A stretch of 64,000 bases of DNA from Desulfatiglandales bacterium (GTDB taxonomy: Bacteria > Desulfobacterota > DSM-4660 > Desulfatiglandales > HGW-15): the NCBI GenBank assembly GCA_963667015.2, contig CAXXJJ010000004.1, forward strand, positions 3,296,001 through 3,360,000, in the 5' to 3' direction. The translations under genes were made by a program, and so were the position numbers. Below are positions 20,960 through 30,372 of the stretch, in pieces (position 1 is the stretch's first letter; every line of letters begins with the position of its first letter). Under the pieces are notes generated by a model, which made no database searches, was not told where the DNA came from, and worked only from the letters and a program-made list of their open reading frames with translations.

Positions 20960-21199
20960 TCAATTTTCATTGAGCGGCCCGTATCCTGGTTTTATGATCA
21001 GCTGGTTTTGCTTATTAAGGATATCAGGTTCATATACTTTTTCAAACCATTCTTCTGATCCAACCTCCTCAAAGGAAACAGAAATGGCCTTTGCTTCACA
21101 TTTTGCAATGCCGGCCACATCCTCTACAATTTTTTCTGCAAGCTCCATTTTCTGTTTTTCCGACCGACCAGGATGAAGTTTGATTATAACATGAGGCAT
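20960..21199 (-). CDS. 4-oxalocrotonate tautomerase family protein (PptA-like)
   Basis: Catalytic Pro1 (MPHVIIK), GRSEKQK, ISVSFEEV...W, KPGY; RBS AAGGAG. Confidence 0.9.
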   Translation of the reverse strand: MPHVIIKLHPGRSEKQKMELAEKIVEDVAGIAKCEAKAISVSFEEVGSEEWFEKVYEPDILNKQNQLIIKPGYGPLNEN

Positions 21200-21425
21200 T
21201 TATATCTCCTTTCGATTTATTCAGACTGACACCTTTATGCAGGGTATTTCATACAGATTTACATTCCACATTTGTTCTGAATTTTCAATAATAATATTTT
21301 TCGGAGACAGTCGTCCGGGACATTGCTAAAGAAACGTACAAAAACCTTATCTTCTGCTCCTTATCAAGGTGAATGGCTCTGTCTTTTTTTTTTGTGTTTT
21401 TAAGTTCAGCAGATATTTATCATCG

Positions 21426-22175
21426 TTACTGCTTTAAAGTCGGGAAAAACACTTTACATTTTATCCCTGCAGGAAGTGAATAGTCACTATTTGACAGAAC
21501 CAGGCGTACACCAAATGTACTGCTTGCAGCGTCAATAACAGGATCTACAACACTTACCCTTGCCTTTAATTCCCTGGAGAAAGGATGTTCTATTTTTATA
21601 ACAGCCGATGAGGTCTTTTTTACCTTGCCAAACTCCTCTACAGGTATAACGACCTCAACATACAGGGGATCGATCTGTGCAATCAACATTACCGGTTCCT
21701 CTCCCACATACTCCCCCCGGGACAGAAAACGTTCAACAACCACGCCATCCACAGGACTGCGAATATTTTTTATCTCCACTTTTTCCCTGGCTTCTTTATA
21801 CTGAAGTTCCGCTATTTTAAGTTCCGTCTCCATCTCATCTTTGTCATGTATAGAGAGAAGCTGTTTCCTATAAAGGTCCTCATTTCTTTCCACCTTTCTC
21901 TTACTGAACTCCACTCTTGCAAGAGCAAGATCCGCCGCAGCCTTTTCAATATTTGATTTCAGAAATGCAATGATCTGATTTTTCTCTACAGTCTCACCCC
22001 GGTCAAAAATAACTTCTTCCAGAATTCCTTCAACCGGACTGCTAACCTTCACCAGTTCACTCGGTTCGATAATACCCTCAAAATACTTTTCTTCTGCATG
22101 GGTATATTGAACATTTAGAACAGCAAACAGAATAATAACCAAACTACACACAACCTGAAATTTCCCCGATATCAT
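21426..22175 (-). CDS. Membrane fusion / periplasmic adaptor protein (HlyD/RND MFP type) with signal peptide
   Basis: Signal peptide ending THA|EE; VSSPVEGIL..V.FDRGETV lipoyl half, coiled coil, IRSPVDGVV, beta-barrel DPVIDAASSTFGVR...LPAG. Confidence 0.9.
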   Translation of the reverse strand: MISGKFQVVCSLVIILFAVLNVQYTHAEEKYFEGIIEPSELVKVSSPVEGILEEVIFDRGETVEKNQIIAFLKSNIEKAAADLALARVEFSKRKVERNEDLYRKQLLSIHDKDEMETELKIAELQYKEAREKVEIKNIRSPVDGVVVERFLSRGEYVGEEPVMLIAQIDPLYVEVVIPVEEFGKVKKTSSAVIKIEHPFSRELKARVSVVDPVIDAASSTFGVRLVLSNSDYSLPAGIKCKVFFPTLKQ

Positions 22176-22187
22176 TATAAGCCCTCT

Positions 22188-24185
22188 CTATTCCGAATGC
22201 CCTGAAAAAGACAGCATATTCCCTCGCCGCTCGTCCTCTTTCAGAAGGTTTTTTCTCATTTTGGCATGTATCTTTTCAGTTTTTTTCTGTGCACTAAAAA
22301 GTGCCTTCTTTAGAAAATAGCGCCAAAGCAGAGATTTTTTACGGGGATAAAAAACCGCCATCAATCTCCAGAATCCTCTCCCACCTCTTTCGAGGATGGA
22401 ATCTTCAAGAGAAAGTATTACCTCGAAACTACCTGGGTCCCCCATTCGGCCGCAACGTCCTGCCAGCTGGCGGTCTATCCTTCCCGCTTCATGCCGTTCA
22501 GTTATAATAACATGTAACCCTCCCAGGGCTATAACTTTTTCCTCAAGTCTAATATCCACACCACGGCCTGCCATATTTGTTGCGATTGTAATTTTACCTT
22601 CTTTTCCTGCTTCAGATATTATATCAGCCTCTTCTCTATCCTGCTTCGCGTTCAGTATCCTGAAAGGTAAATTTCTGTGTGACAAAACCTCTCCGATTTT
22701 TTCTGAGACCAGTACCGAACGGGTCCCCACAAGTACCGGCCTGCCAGTCCTGTGGAGAGAAATAACCCTGTCGGCGACATCCTCCCACTTATCATTTGCT
22801 GTAACATTTACCCTGTCCGGATATGATTTTCTTATTTTCTTTTTGTATGTGGGAACAGTTACAACAGGAAGATTATAGACTGCAGAAAGCTCCCTTTTTA
22901 CCTCGCACGCAGTACCCGTCATGCCTGATAACCTGATGTATCGTCTGAAAAACCTTTGATAACTAATGCGGGCAAGCACAAAAGACTGTCTGGATATCTC
23001 ACAACCTTCCTTAACCTCTATCAACTGATGCAGGCCCTTCTCGTATGACCTGTCAGGCATCACTCTCCCGGTAAACTCATCAATGATCTGCACCTTCCCA
23101 TCCCGTATCATGTATTGCTCATCCCTTTTAAAAAAATGAATCGCTGAAAGGGCAAGCCTGACAATCTCCATTCTCCTGACCTTTCCCTTCCATAACGGGC
23201 CAAGATAGGTGGATGCATAGTTTATCACCTCTTCACCTTCTGGCGTCAGTTTTATATTATGGTCAGCTTTATTAACAGTATAATGAGAAGGTTCTTTCAG
23301 TTTTTGTGCCAGGTCAACGGCCTGTTGAAAAAATTCGTGCTCATCTGCACTGCTTTCATTTTGACCGGAAATAATAAGTGGAGTTCTTGCCTCATCAATT
23401 AAAACACTGTCAGCTTCATCAACAATCGCATAATGAAGCCCCCTAAGTAACAGTCTCTTGATCCTCCGGTCGTTATCATAAAGATATTCAGCATTAAGCT
23501 TCAGGGTATCACGCCTGTTTTCAAGAGTAATCCTGTCCTTCAGATAATCGAACACCAGTTCTTTATTGGTACAATAAACAATATCCTTTGCATATGCCTC
23601 ACGTCTTTCTTCGGGGGTCATGCCATGAATAACAAACCCGGTAGTAATCCCCATTGCCCTGTATAAGAGACCGGTCCATCTGGCATCCCTTTCAGTGAGG
23701 TAATCATTGACTGTGATAACATGCACAGGTATTCCGGCCAGGGCTGCGGTTCCGGCAGCAAGGGTAGCGGTCAGGGTTTTCCCTTCGCCGGTTTCCATTT
23801 CTGCAACCATACCGTCCAGAAGAATCTTTCCGCCTCTGACCTGAGTATGAAAATGCCGTAACCCAAGTATCTTTAAAGATAATTCTCTGATAATGGCAAA
23901 GGCATGTGCAGCATTTTCTTCGGACAACCCTTCTTTATAAAAAAACGGCTTTAATTTTTCCGCCTTTTCGCTTAACTCTTTTTCAGATAAAATATCAAGT
24001 CCTTTTCCATAGCAGTCCACCTTTCTTATAAACTTATTCATCCGGTTACTTCGCTTTTTAAAAGAGGATGAAACAGAGGTCGCTATCCTCCTGCTCATTC
24101 TATCCAGTATACCAGAATCCTTCTCGGCTTTTTCAGGCCGGACAGTATATGATGCAGGGGAAAAATCTGGAGACAGGTTTATCAT
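22188..24185 (-). CDS. Accessory SecA-like DEAD ATPase, C-terminally truncated (SecA_DEAD type)
   Basis: AEMETGEGKT (Walker A), VITVNDYL, IVDEADSVLIDEARTPLIISG, DEFTGR, GMTGTA, IATNMAGRGVDI, RIDRQLAGRCGRMGDPG; only 665 aa, ending within the scaffold helix. Confidence 0.92.
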   Translation of the reverse strand: MINLSPDFSPASYTVRPEKAEKDSGILDRMSRRIATSVSSSFKKRSNRMNKFIRKVDCYGKGLDILSEKELSEKAEKLKPFFYKEGLSEENAAHAFAIIRELSLKILGLRHFHTQVRGGKILLDGMVAEMETGEGKTLTATLAAGTAALAGIPVHVITVNDYLTERDARWTGLLYRAMGITTGFVIHGMTPEERREAYAKDIVYCTNKELVFDYLKDRITLENRRDTLKLNAEYLYDNDRRIKRLLLRGLHYAIVDEADSVLIDEARTPLIISGQNESSADEHEFFQQAVDLAQKLKEPSHYTVNKADHNIKLTPEGEEVINYASTYLGPLWKGKVRRMEIVRLALSAIHFFKRDEQYMIRDGKVQIIDEFTGRVMPDRSYEKGLHQLIEVKEGCEISRQSFVLARISYQRFFRRYIRLSGMTGTACEVKRELSAVYNLPVVTVPTYKKKIRKSYPDRVNVTANDKWEDVADRVISLHRTGRPVLVGTRSVLVSEKIGEVLSHRNLPFRILNAKQDREEADIISEAGKEGKITIATNMAGRGVDIRLEEKVIALGGLHVIITERHEAGRIDRQLAGRCGRMGDPGSFEVILSLEDSILERGGRGFWRLMAVFYPRKKSLLWRYFLKKALFSAQKKTEKIHAKMRKNLLKEDERRGNMLSFSGHSE

Positions 24186-24187
24186 GA

Positions 24188-26332
24188 TTACACGCTGAAT
24201 TTTCTGAGCAAGGTCCGCCTGATTGCGCGGTATATCCTTGAAAAAAGTGGTTCGGATCCGTGATCAAAACGTATAAACACCCTTTCTCCAATTGCTGACA
24301 AACGGGGGCTGTCTATTGTTATTTCAAAATGAAAAAGGTTTTCAAACGCCTTAAGCTTTTCCCTTTCCTGGGGATCAAGTGCAAGTTCACCACCCCCTTC
24401 AAGGCTCAGTGCAAGACTTGGAAGCTCATATGAGGCCGCAGGGATTTCCCGCTTTATACGAGCGGAATATGTGTTATTCAAATTTCCTGCCAGCTTTGCC
24501 TCAATATTTTTTGTATCGGTACGGACCCTGTCTATGTCCTTCTGGGTCACGACTATCATGGCAGTAACCCTGTCGAAATCAACAACATACCCTAGCTGTG
24601 CACCACGCATGATGTATTGACCGTACAGACTATCCTGTTCCGGCAGCAGAAAAATGCCATCCAGAGGGCTTCTGATTGTGAGATTATCGAGTTTTTCCGA
24701 AAGATCTTTTAACTCGGATTCAATTCGCCATATTTCATCCTGGAGTATCTTTGTTTCTGTCCTGTCACGTGTTCTGGCTACTCCAAGCCGCCACTCATAC
24801 TCTTCCAGGGAGTACTCAAGCTCTTTTTTTTCCGCAGTCAATTCCTGATTTTCACAGATAATCAAAGGTGCCCCTTTTTTTACTTCCTGGCCCGAAACGG
24901 CAGCTATTTCTTTTATAAAGCCATTTGTGCCGGCATAAAGCCTTGATTTATCAGGTGCCCACAACACCCCCTCTGAAATAGTGGAAGATGGAAAAGGAAC
25001 TATAAAAACAGATAAAACAATTAACAGGATACAAACAGAAATAACTGTAACAACCCTCATCCTTTTACGCTGCATGGAAGGATCATTAAATAAAAACCTG
25101 AATACCTTACTTAATGGCATAACCAGCATCCCCGCCAGCCCCCACAGGGCAAAGACTGTTCCGATTATAAAAAATTTACCTGCAACAAATATTGCTATCC
25201 TGACCATAATAAACATACGGTATACAAAAGAAGCCATCCCGTATACTAAAAACCATGCGGCCTCACCCTTTGCGGTTACAGGGTTCTGGGGTTCCTCCAC
25301 ATTCAGCAGATATTTCTGAAGGATATAACCGATATACCTGTTTGACCGCATTGCCAGATTGGGTATTTCAATCAAGTCAGACAATATATAATAGGCATCA
25401 AAACGGAGCAAGGGATTGCCGTTAAATAACAGTGTTGAAACACCTGCTATTAGCATAATATTGAATGCTACAGCCCTTACTGCACCCGGTTCCACATTTG
25501 TCCAGACAATGATTGCAAGAGATGCAAGCATAAGTTCAGCCATGATTCCTGCCGCCCCTACCATAACTCTCTTATAGCGCTCTTTAAAGGCAATAGAAGA
25601 AGATGCCTCTACATAGGGGATGGGAACAAATACCAGAAACATTATTCCCATCTCATGTACTTCCCCGCCCCAGTGCTTGATAGTATAGGCATGTGAGAAT
25701 TCATGGATTATCTTTATTACAGGGTAAACAAGCCACAATAAAAAAACATTTTCAAGGGCCAGCACCCTGTCAGTCAGATTAAGGGTCAGTTCTGTCCAAT
25801 GGACAAGTGTAAGATATATTGCTGACAGCAATATTATGCAATACAAAAAAAACACTGTTTTGCTGAACAGCAGTCTCGTTAAAAACACTGTTTTTGAGAG
25901 AAATTTTTCAGGATCAAGCAGAGGAATAGTGACTGAGAGAGGAGACCTGATCCGGCTTATAATATAATTTTTTTTATAGCGCATATGCCGTTCATACAGG
26001 TCTGCGATGTCCGGGGGAATATCGCTCTGGAGCATATCCACCTGATGAAGCTGTGATAAAAGATTTATTACCTCATCCTGGGTGGGCATGTCATCGCCAA
26101 GGTTTTCACATGCCGATTCCCAGATCTCCTGCAGAGTACCTGAGCCATCCATCAGGCCAATTATGTAATAAGCCTCTTTTGAGAACCGGTGATATGTTCC
26201 TGTGGAATGATCCTGCAGCACATACCAGTCCCGTCCCCTGTATACATGATGATGTATCTGGGCATGACTGCGCAGACGAGGTTTAAGGTCCGCGACCCGG
26301 TACCATGATTCACTGAAAAGAGAATATGTCAA
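24188..26332 (-). CDS. Fusion: PqqD/RRE-like N-terminal domain + M50 (site-2) intramembrane metallopeptidase + HlyD-type adaptor
   Basis: N-terminal LQDHSTGTYHRF...LMDGSGTLQEI...LLSQL wHTH-like segment; HEFSH and NGNPLLRFDAYY in a multi-TM region; C-terminal GFIKEI...GQEVKKG, coiled coil, IRSPLDG; TTG start with AAAAGG RBS. Confidence 0.85.
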   Translation of the reverse strand: MTYSLFSESWYRVADLKPRLRSHAQIHHHVYRGRDWYVLQDHSTGTYHRFSKEAYYIIGLMDGSGTLQEIWESACENLGDDMPTQDEVINLLSQLHQVDMLQSDIPPDIADLYERHMRYKKNYIISRIRSPLSVTIPLLDPEKFLSKTVFLTRLLFSKTVFFLYCIILLSAIYLTLVHWTELTLNLTDRVLALENVFLLWLVYPVIKIIHEFSHAYTIKHWGGEVHEMGIMFLVFVPIPYVEASSSIAFKERYKRVMVGAAGIMAELMLASLAIIVWTNVEPGAVRAVAFNIMLIAGVSTLLFNGNPLLRFDAYYILSDLIEIPNLAMRSNRYIGYILQKYLLNVEEPQNPVTAKGEAAWFLVYGMASFVYRMFIMVRIAIFVAGKFFIIGTVFALWGLAGMLVMPLSKVFRFLFNDPSMQRKRMRVVTVISVCILLIVLSVFIVPFPSSTISEGVLWAPDKSRLYAGTNGFIKEIAAVSGQEVKKGAPLIICENQELTAEKKELEYSLEEYEWRLGVARTRDRTETKILQDEIWRIESELKDLSEKLDNLTIRSPLDGIFLLPEQDSLYGQYIMRGAQLGYVVDFDRVTAMIVVTQKDIDRVRTDTKNIEAKLAGNLNNTYSARIKREIPAASYELPSLALSLEGGGELALDPQEREKLKAFENLFHFEITIDSPRLSAIGERVFIRFDHGSEPLFSRIYRAIRRTLLRKFSV

Positions 26333-26357
26333 ATATGTGCCTTTTGTTTATAAATAT

Positions 26358-28223
26358 TTACGACCAGTACTCCCATATCTTGAGCTTAAACCATTCCCTC
26401 ATATTTCTTGTCCATATGGAAAAGAGATTTCTTCTGCCCACGTATATCTTGCCCACACCCTCCATTCCAGGTCTCAGTCTATCCTCACCCGTTGAAAGTC
26501 TGGCCTCCACCCTAAAATAATTGAGCCCTTCCTTGGCAAGAGTAATAGGAGTAATTTTATCAACGGTAAAAGCTATTTTTTCACCGGGCAAAGCAGATAA
26601 AATCATCATGCCCTGCTGCCCGACTAATACATCTGTTATACGGCGTTCATCCACTTCAAGGATGATCCGGTACTGATCAAGAGGAGCTATTTCGAAAAGG
26701 ATTTCTCCCTTTCCTGCCGCGCCTCCAAGTCTCTGGCTCAGGTCACCGCTCAGGACAAGGCCTTTAAACGGTGCCGTTAATAATGTCTTTTTAAGCTGGC
26801 TTTCAGTAAGTTCAAGACGAGCGTTGGCCTGATCAAGCTGTGCCTTTATTATATTTGTCTCTGCTCTTTCATGTTTCGCCTGTGCTTCCTGATATTGCTT
26901 CTGGTACTGAGCGATTTTACTTATCCAGTTGAGACGTTCAAGACGATACTCCCTGTCATCCATCACGCATAGTTTTTCATCCTGCGCCACATAGTCGCCA
27001 GCCCTTACATAAGAATCTTTTATATACCCTTCAAAGGGTGCGACAATAACCCTTTTAACATCACCTTCGAGAACAGTATTGGCGGAGATTTTATAATCCC
27101 CGGTCTTTACAGAAAAAAATACCACCAGAATTATAAGGAAAAGAATTAACAGTTTTCTTCCCGCATATTGATGTCCGACTATCTTTTTTAACTGGTTTTT
27201 ACATCCATCCATTGCAACGTGTACAATGGATCGTTCCTTCTGGCGCATTATTTCAAGCACCGGAAGAATAAGTGATGCCACACTGCTGCAATACATGGCA
27301 TCATCCTTATTAAAAGGCCGTTTTTTCGATCTTTCAAGGGTAATAACACTATAATATCTGTCATCATCATAGAAAGGGATAGAAAGGATATATTCTGACC
27401 CATGCTTTCTTGAGAGCTGTTCATGATCCCTGACTATCTGTCGATCATACCTGGTCGCGGGATAATAAACTTCTTTTCGCTGGGTAACAGCCTCATCCAT
27501 GGCCTTTATGATTGCCTGAATCAGGTTCATATTATCCGATACCCTGCTGCTGTGTGAAACAGACTCAACTCTGATTTTTTTATTTTTTATAAAACCAAGA
27601 CTCACCCTATCACATTCAAGATATGCAGTAAGTTCGGTTACAAAAGACATACAGGCGCTTACATAGGATTTTTTTGAAAAAACATCTGCCAGCAGGTCAA
27701 CAGAGGCTTTTAATCTTTCAAAAGAGTTCTTTGCCCTCTCCTCTTTTTCGCGTCGAAGCATGACCTCTATCCATGAGGTACCCCATTGAAGCTGTTCCAT
27801 GGTATACTTCAGATGATCCTCGGTTTCGGCTACTGCTTCCAGTGCAACAAGTCCATAAAACTCTTCTCCTGCCATTATGGGGTAGGCTAAACCATAGGTA
27901 CGAATTGAATCAGAATCGGCCCCAACATGGTCCAGCTCAACCAGCATGCCGCTTTTTTCTTCCAGGACACGTTCTGATATTTCAGTCAGCCTTTCGGGAT
28001 CTCCCCCGATTTCAGGCCATATTGCGCTTGGGGAATATGATTTTGCTCCTTCTTCTGCCAGCACAACAATACCCTGCACAACATTGGCAAGGATTGAACA
28101 TTGCAGCGTCAGCCAGTAACTGCAGTATTCTTCCCTCTCACTGGCATCAACAAAATCCGCCCACAACTGATTGTCGATTCTCGGCTGAAATTTCATTTCT
28201 TCATTAAGGTTACTTTTAACCAC
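26358..28223 (-). CDS. GAF-domain + HlyD-family membrane fusion protein
   Basis: N-terminal GAF-like segments (LAYPI...GLVALE; AMDEAVTQ...LSIPF...VITLER), one TM (LLILFLIILVVFF), VAPFEGYIK..VRAGDYV, coiled coil, LTAPFKGLV, LRPGMEG; GTG start with GGGGAG RBS. Confidence 0.88.
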   Translation of the reverse strand: MVKSNLNEEMKFQPRIDNQLWADFVDASEREEYCSYWLTLQCSILANVVQGIVVLAEEGAKSYSPSAIWPEIGGDPERLTEISERVLEEKSGMLVELDHVGADSDSIRTYGLAYPIMAGEEFYGLVALEAVAETEDHLKYTMEQLQWGTSWIEVMLRREKEERAKNSFERLKASVDLLADVFSKKSYVSACMSFVTELTAYLECDRVSLGFIKNKKIRVESVSHSSRVSDNMNLIQAIIKAMDEAVTQRKEVYYPATRYDRQIVRDHEQLSRKHGSEYILSIPFYDDDRYYSVITLERSKKRPFNKDDAMYCSSVASLILPVLEIMRQKERSIVHVAMDGCKNQLKKIVGHQYAGRKLLILFLIILVVFFSVKTGDYKISANTVLEGDVKRVIVAPFEGYIKDSYVRAGDYVAQDEKLCVMDDREYRLERLNWISKIAQYQKQYQEAQAKHERAETNIIKAQLDQANARLELTESQLKKTLLTAPFKGLVLSGDLSQRLGGAAGKGEILFEIAPLDQYRIILEVDERRITDVLVGQQGMMILSALPGEKIAFTVDKITPITLAKEGLNYFRVEARLSTGEDRLRPGMEGVGKIYVGRRNLFSIWTRNMREWFKLKIWEYWS

Positions 28224-28290
28224 GATAACTCCCCGTTATGACGCCATTAAGACACATTTGCTTTAAACGCCTGCTGACTAAATCTGCCTT

Positions 28291-28326
28291 AAAAAAAAGG
28301 ACTTAACCTTGCCAGCTAAGTCCTTT
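28291..28326 (-). terminator. Intrinsic terminator on the minus strand upstream of the transporter genes
   Basis: Minus strand reads AAAGGACTTA-gctggcaaggt-TAAGTCCTTTTTTTT. Confidence 0.75.
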
Positions 28327-28578
28327 GATTGAATAATATTTTAATACCTGAATTTTGCACGAAATCGTTCTGAAATGCATATAGGGTTCTATGAACCTCG
28401 TTATTACTGAGTTTTGAAAGGCTTAATATTTTCCATACTTTAACCAAGTAGGTTATGAAGTACAATTTTACAATTCTAAAAAGCTAGCCTGATAGGGCTT
28501 TTCAATGCCACCCGGAAAGCCAGTAAAATAGGGGCTCTTAAAACACAGTGTTTTTATGGTACGTTTAACCATTTGATA

Positions 28579-30372
28579 CCTGAATTTTGCACACAATTGA
28601 TCACTCCAAGAATAAAAAAATAAATTTCTATCTTAGCTTATTGAGAGTTGAACTAAGCGCGTTTGATATTTCGCCTGTTATTCAACTCGTCACAACATTT
28701 AATTTCAATCATTTTTCATTTTTTCTTAATATTTTTTCAGCATGGTATTTCTCATGCAAGAAATTTTATGCACGCATATTGTTTAATGAAAAACGACAAT
28801 TCCAGGGGCTACCTTCAACCCATGGTTTTATTTTCTCTCTCGCTCTATCAAGGTAACACATAAAATGCATTAGCCCTGGTGTTCGCATATCGTGGATAGA
28901 ATACTTTACTTTATCCTTCGAATGATAAACTACTTTTGCGGCTATTAATAAAAGCCTTAATCTAGCAATTCGAACCTGATTGTTTGCAAGTCCACTTAAA
29001 GAAGGATAGGGAGTTGCATTCCTATCATCTGAAGATGTAACTTCCTGGTTACTCAGTTGGGCCATCATTTTATAGTAGCGCCAGATATTATAGGCCAGCA
29101 TTACAATCTGAAAATAGGCATAGTTATTTTTAAATTTAGCTGAAGGAATTGCTTCAAGCCCTTCTCTTTTTGCTTCTCCAACCAGGTTCTCTACATCAGC
29201 TCTTTTATCATACTCTGCTATTACTTTATGGGCTTTCTTTGTAAGGCTTGTGCAGAAAATCCGATATGTGTATCTATCATCCTCGAACAATTCGTATTGT
29301 ACAGGTTCATCAGGAGAACTATTTTGATCTTTAGGAAACCTCATTGCAACAAACCTGCATGGACACTCCCAGCCTATGGGCTGGTATACACAACTGCTAT
29401 ATTCAACCAGTTGCTTTTTATTAGGTTTGTACCATGCTTTTGGATCAAAAGGCGGATTGGCCCCTTTATTGGCAATAATGTAATCAAAGAAAACTTCAAT
29501 GCATGCTTCAACGCTTTCCCATCCGAAAAACTCTCCGTCTCCACGAAAGAGAACTTCTTCAACACAGCCCGGTAAATGCTCTTTGATTTTTTTTATAAAC
29601 TTACCTACTTCCACACTGCTCATTGTTTCACCTTTTCGGAGTTTGCCAATAAGATATTCTCTTGTCTCATCGATAAAACATAGTACAGGTCGATAGCCCT
29701 TTTTCCCTCTATTTTTTGTGTTATGGCCTTTCCTGCTTCCTTGTTGATTTCCATATACCGTTTCAACTGTCGTGTCTGTGCTTATATGTATCTGCTTATA
29801 TTTAAGGCCGCATAACAACCAAACACGTTCCCTTAACACCCTCATGATACTTAACAGCGCATTGGCTTGATTTATACCCAGACTGTTCACATAACGCCAG
29901 AAGGTACTTGCCACCGGTAATGCCTCAACCTGAAAATATCCGCATACCATTGCATCAAGTCGAATATACGTAAAATGCCATAATCTGTTGAACCCTATAA
30001 AGAGTAGCGTTAATACCCCCACTACCATATGATAATTGCCCAGCTTGGTTTTCCGGTCTGGCGCAATATATTTATTTTTGAATATCTCTTCAAACTCAAT
30101 CAGATCAAAAAACTTGATTAGCCCAAGAAGCCCTCCAAATGCACTTAACTGCTCGGTGCATGTTTCATAAACCGTGGAAGCATTGATTTTTCTAGCTCTC
30201 CCGCCCTCAGATCCAGAACCTTTACCTACAACCTTTTCCGTGCTATTGTCTTTTTGTTTCTTTACCATCTGGGTTTCCTCCTGTTATTTATTTTGGTTCC
30301 TCAAAACCCTTTAATAACAGGTTACCCAGATGGTTTTTCAAGCTTTTTTTATTTAATCATGCAAAATTCAGG
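28579..30372 (-). mobile_element. IS1380-family insertion sequence, 1794 bp
   Basis: Inverted repeats CCTGAATTTTGCA (28579-28591) and TGCAAAATTCAGG (30360-30372); 5-bp target duplication TGATA (28574-28578 and 30373-30377); one transposase gene. Confidence 0.93.
28766..30268 (-). CDS. IS1380-family DDE transposase
   Basis: 500 aa; LSAFGGL, STDTTVETVYG.QQG..KGHN...GKKGYRP, FRGDGEF, YDKRADVENLVGEAK, MLAYNI; intact frame with GGAGG RBS. Confidence 0.92.
   Translation of the reverse strand: MVKKQKDNSTEKVVGKGSGSEGGRARKINASTVYETCTEQLSAFGGLLGLIKFFDLIEFEEIFKNKYIAPDRKTKLGNYHMVVGVLTLLFIGFNRLWHFTYIRLDAMVCGYFQVEALPVASTFWRYVNSLGINQANALLSIMRVLRERVWLLCGLKYKQIHISTDTTVETVYGNQQGSRKGHNTKNRGKKGYRPVLCFIDETREYLIGKLRKGETMSSVEVGKFIKKIKEHLPGCVEEVLFRGDGEFFGWESVEACIEVFFDYIIANKGANPPFDPKAWYKPNKKQLVEYSSCVYQPIGWECPCRFVAMRFPKDQNSSPDEPVQYELFEDDRYTYRIFCTSLTKKAHKVIAEYDKRADVENLVGEAKREGLEAIPSAKFKNNYAYFQIVMLAYNIWRYYKMMAQLSNQEVTSSDDRNATPYPSLSGLANNQVRIARLRLLLIAAKVVYHSKDKVKYSIHDMRTPGLMHFMCYLDRAREKIKPWVEGSPWNCRFSLNNMRA

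Noticed and set aside
17788..21199. Integron cassette array
   Set aside because: Gaps are too short and lack RYYYAAC...GTTRRRY attC pairs; no integrase in the window
22188..24185. Housekeeping secA or a Gram-positive-type SecA2/SecY2 system
   Set aside because: Too short for housekeeping SecA; no secY2, asp or glycosyltransferase genes nearby
28587..29696. Plus-strand ORFs inside the IS
   Set aside because: Short antisense or low-complexity frames without motifs
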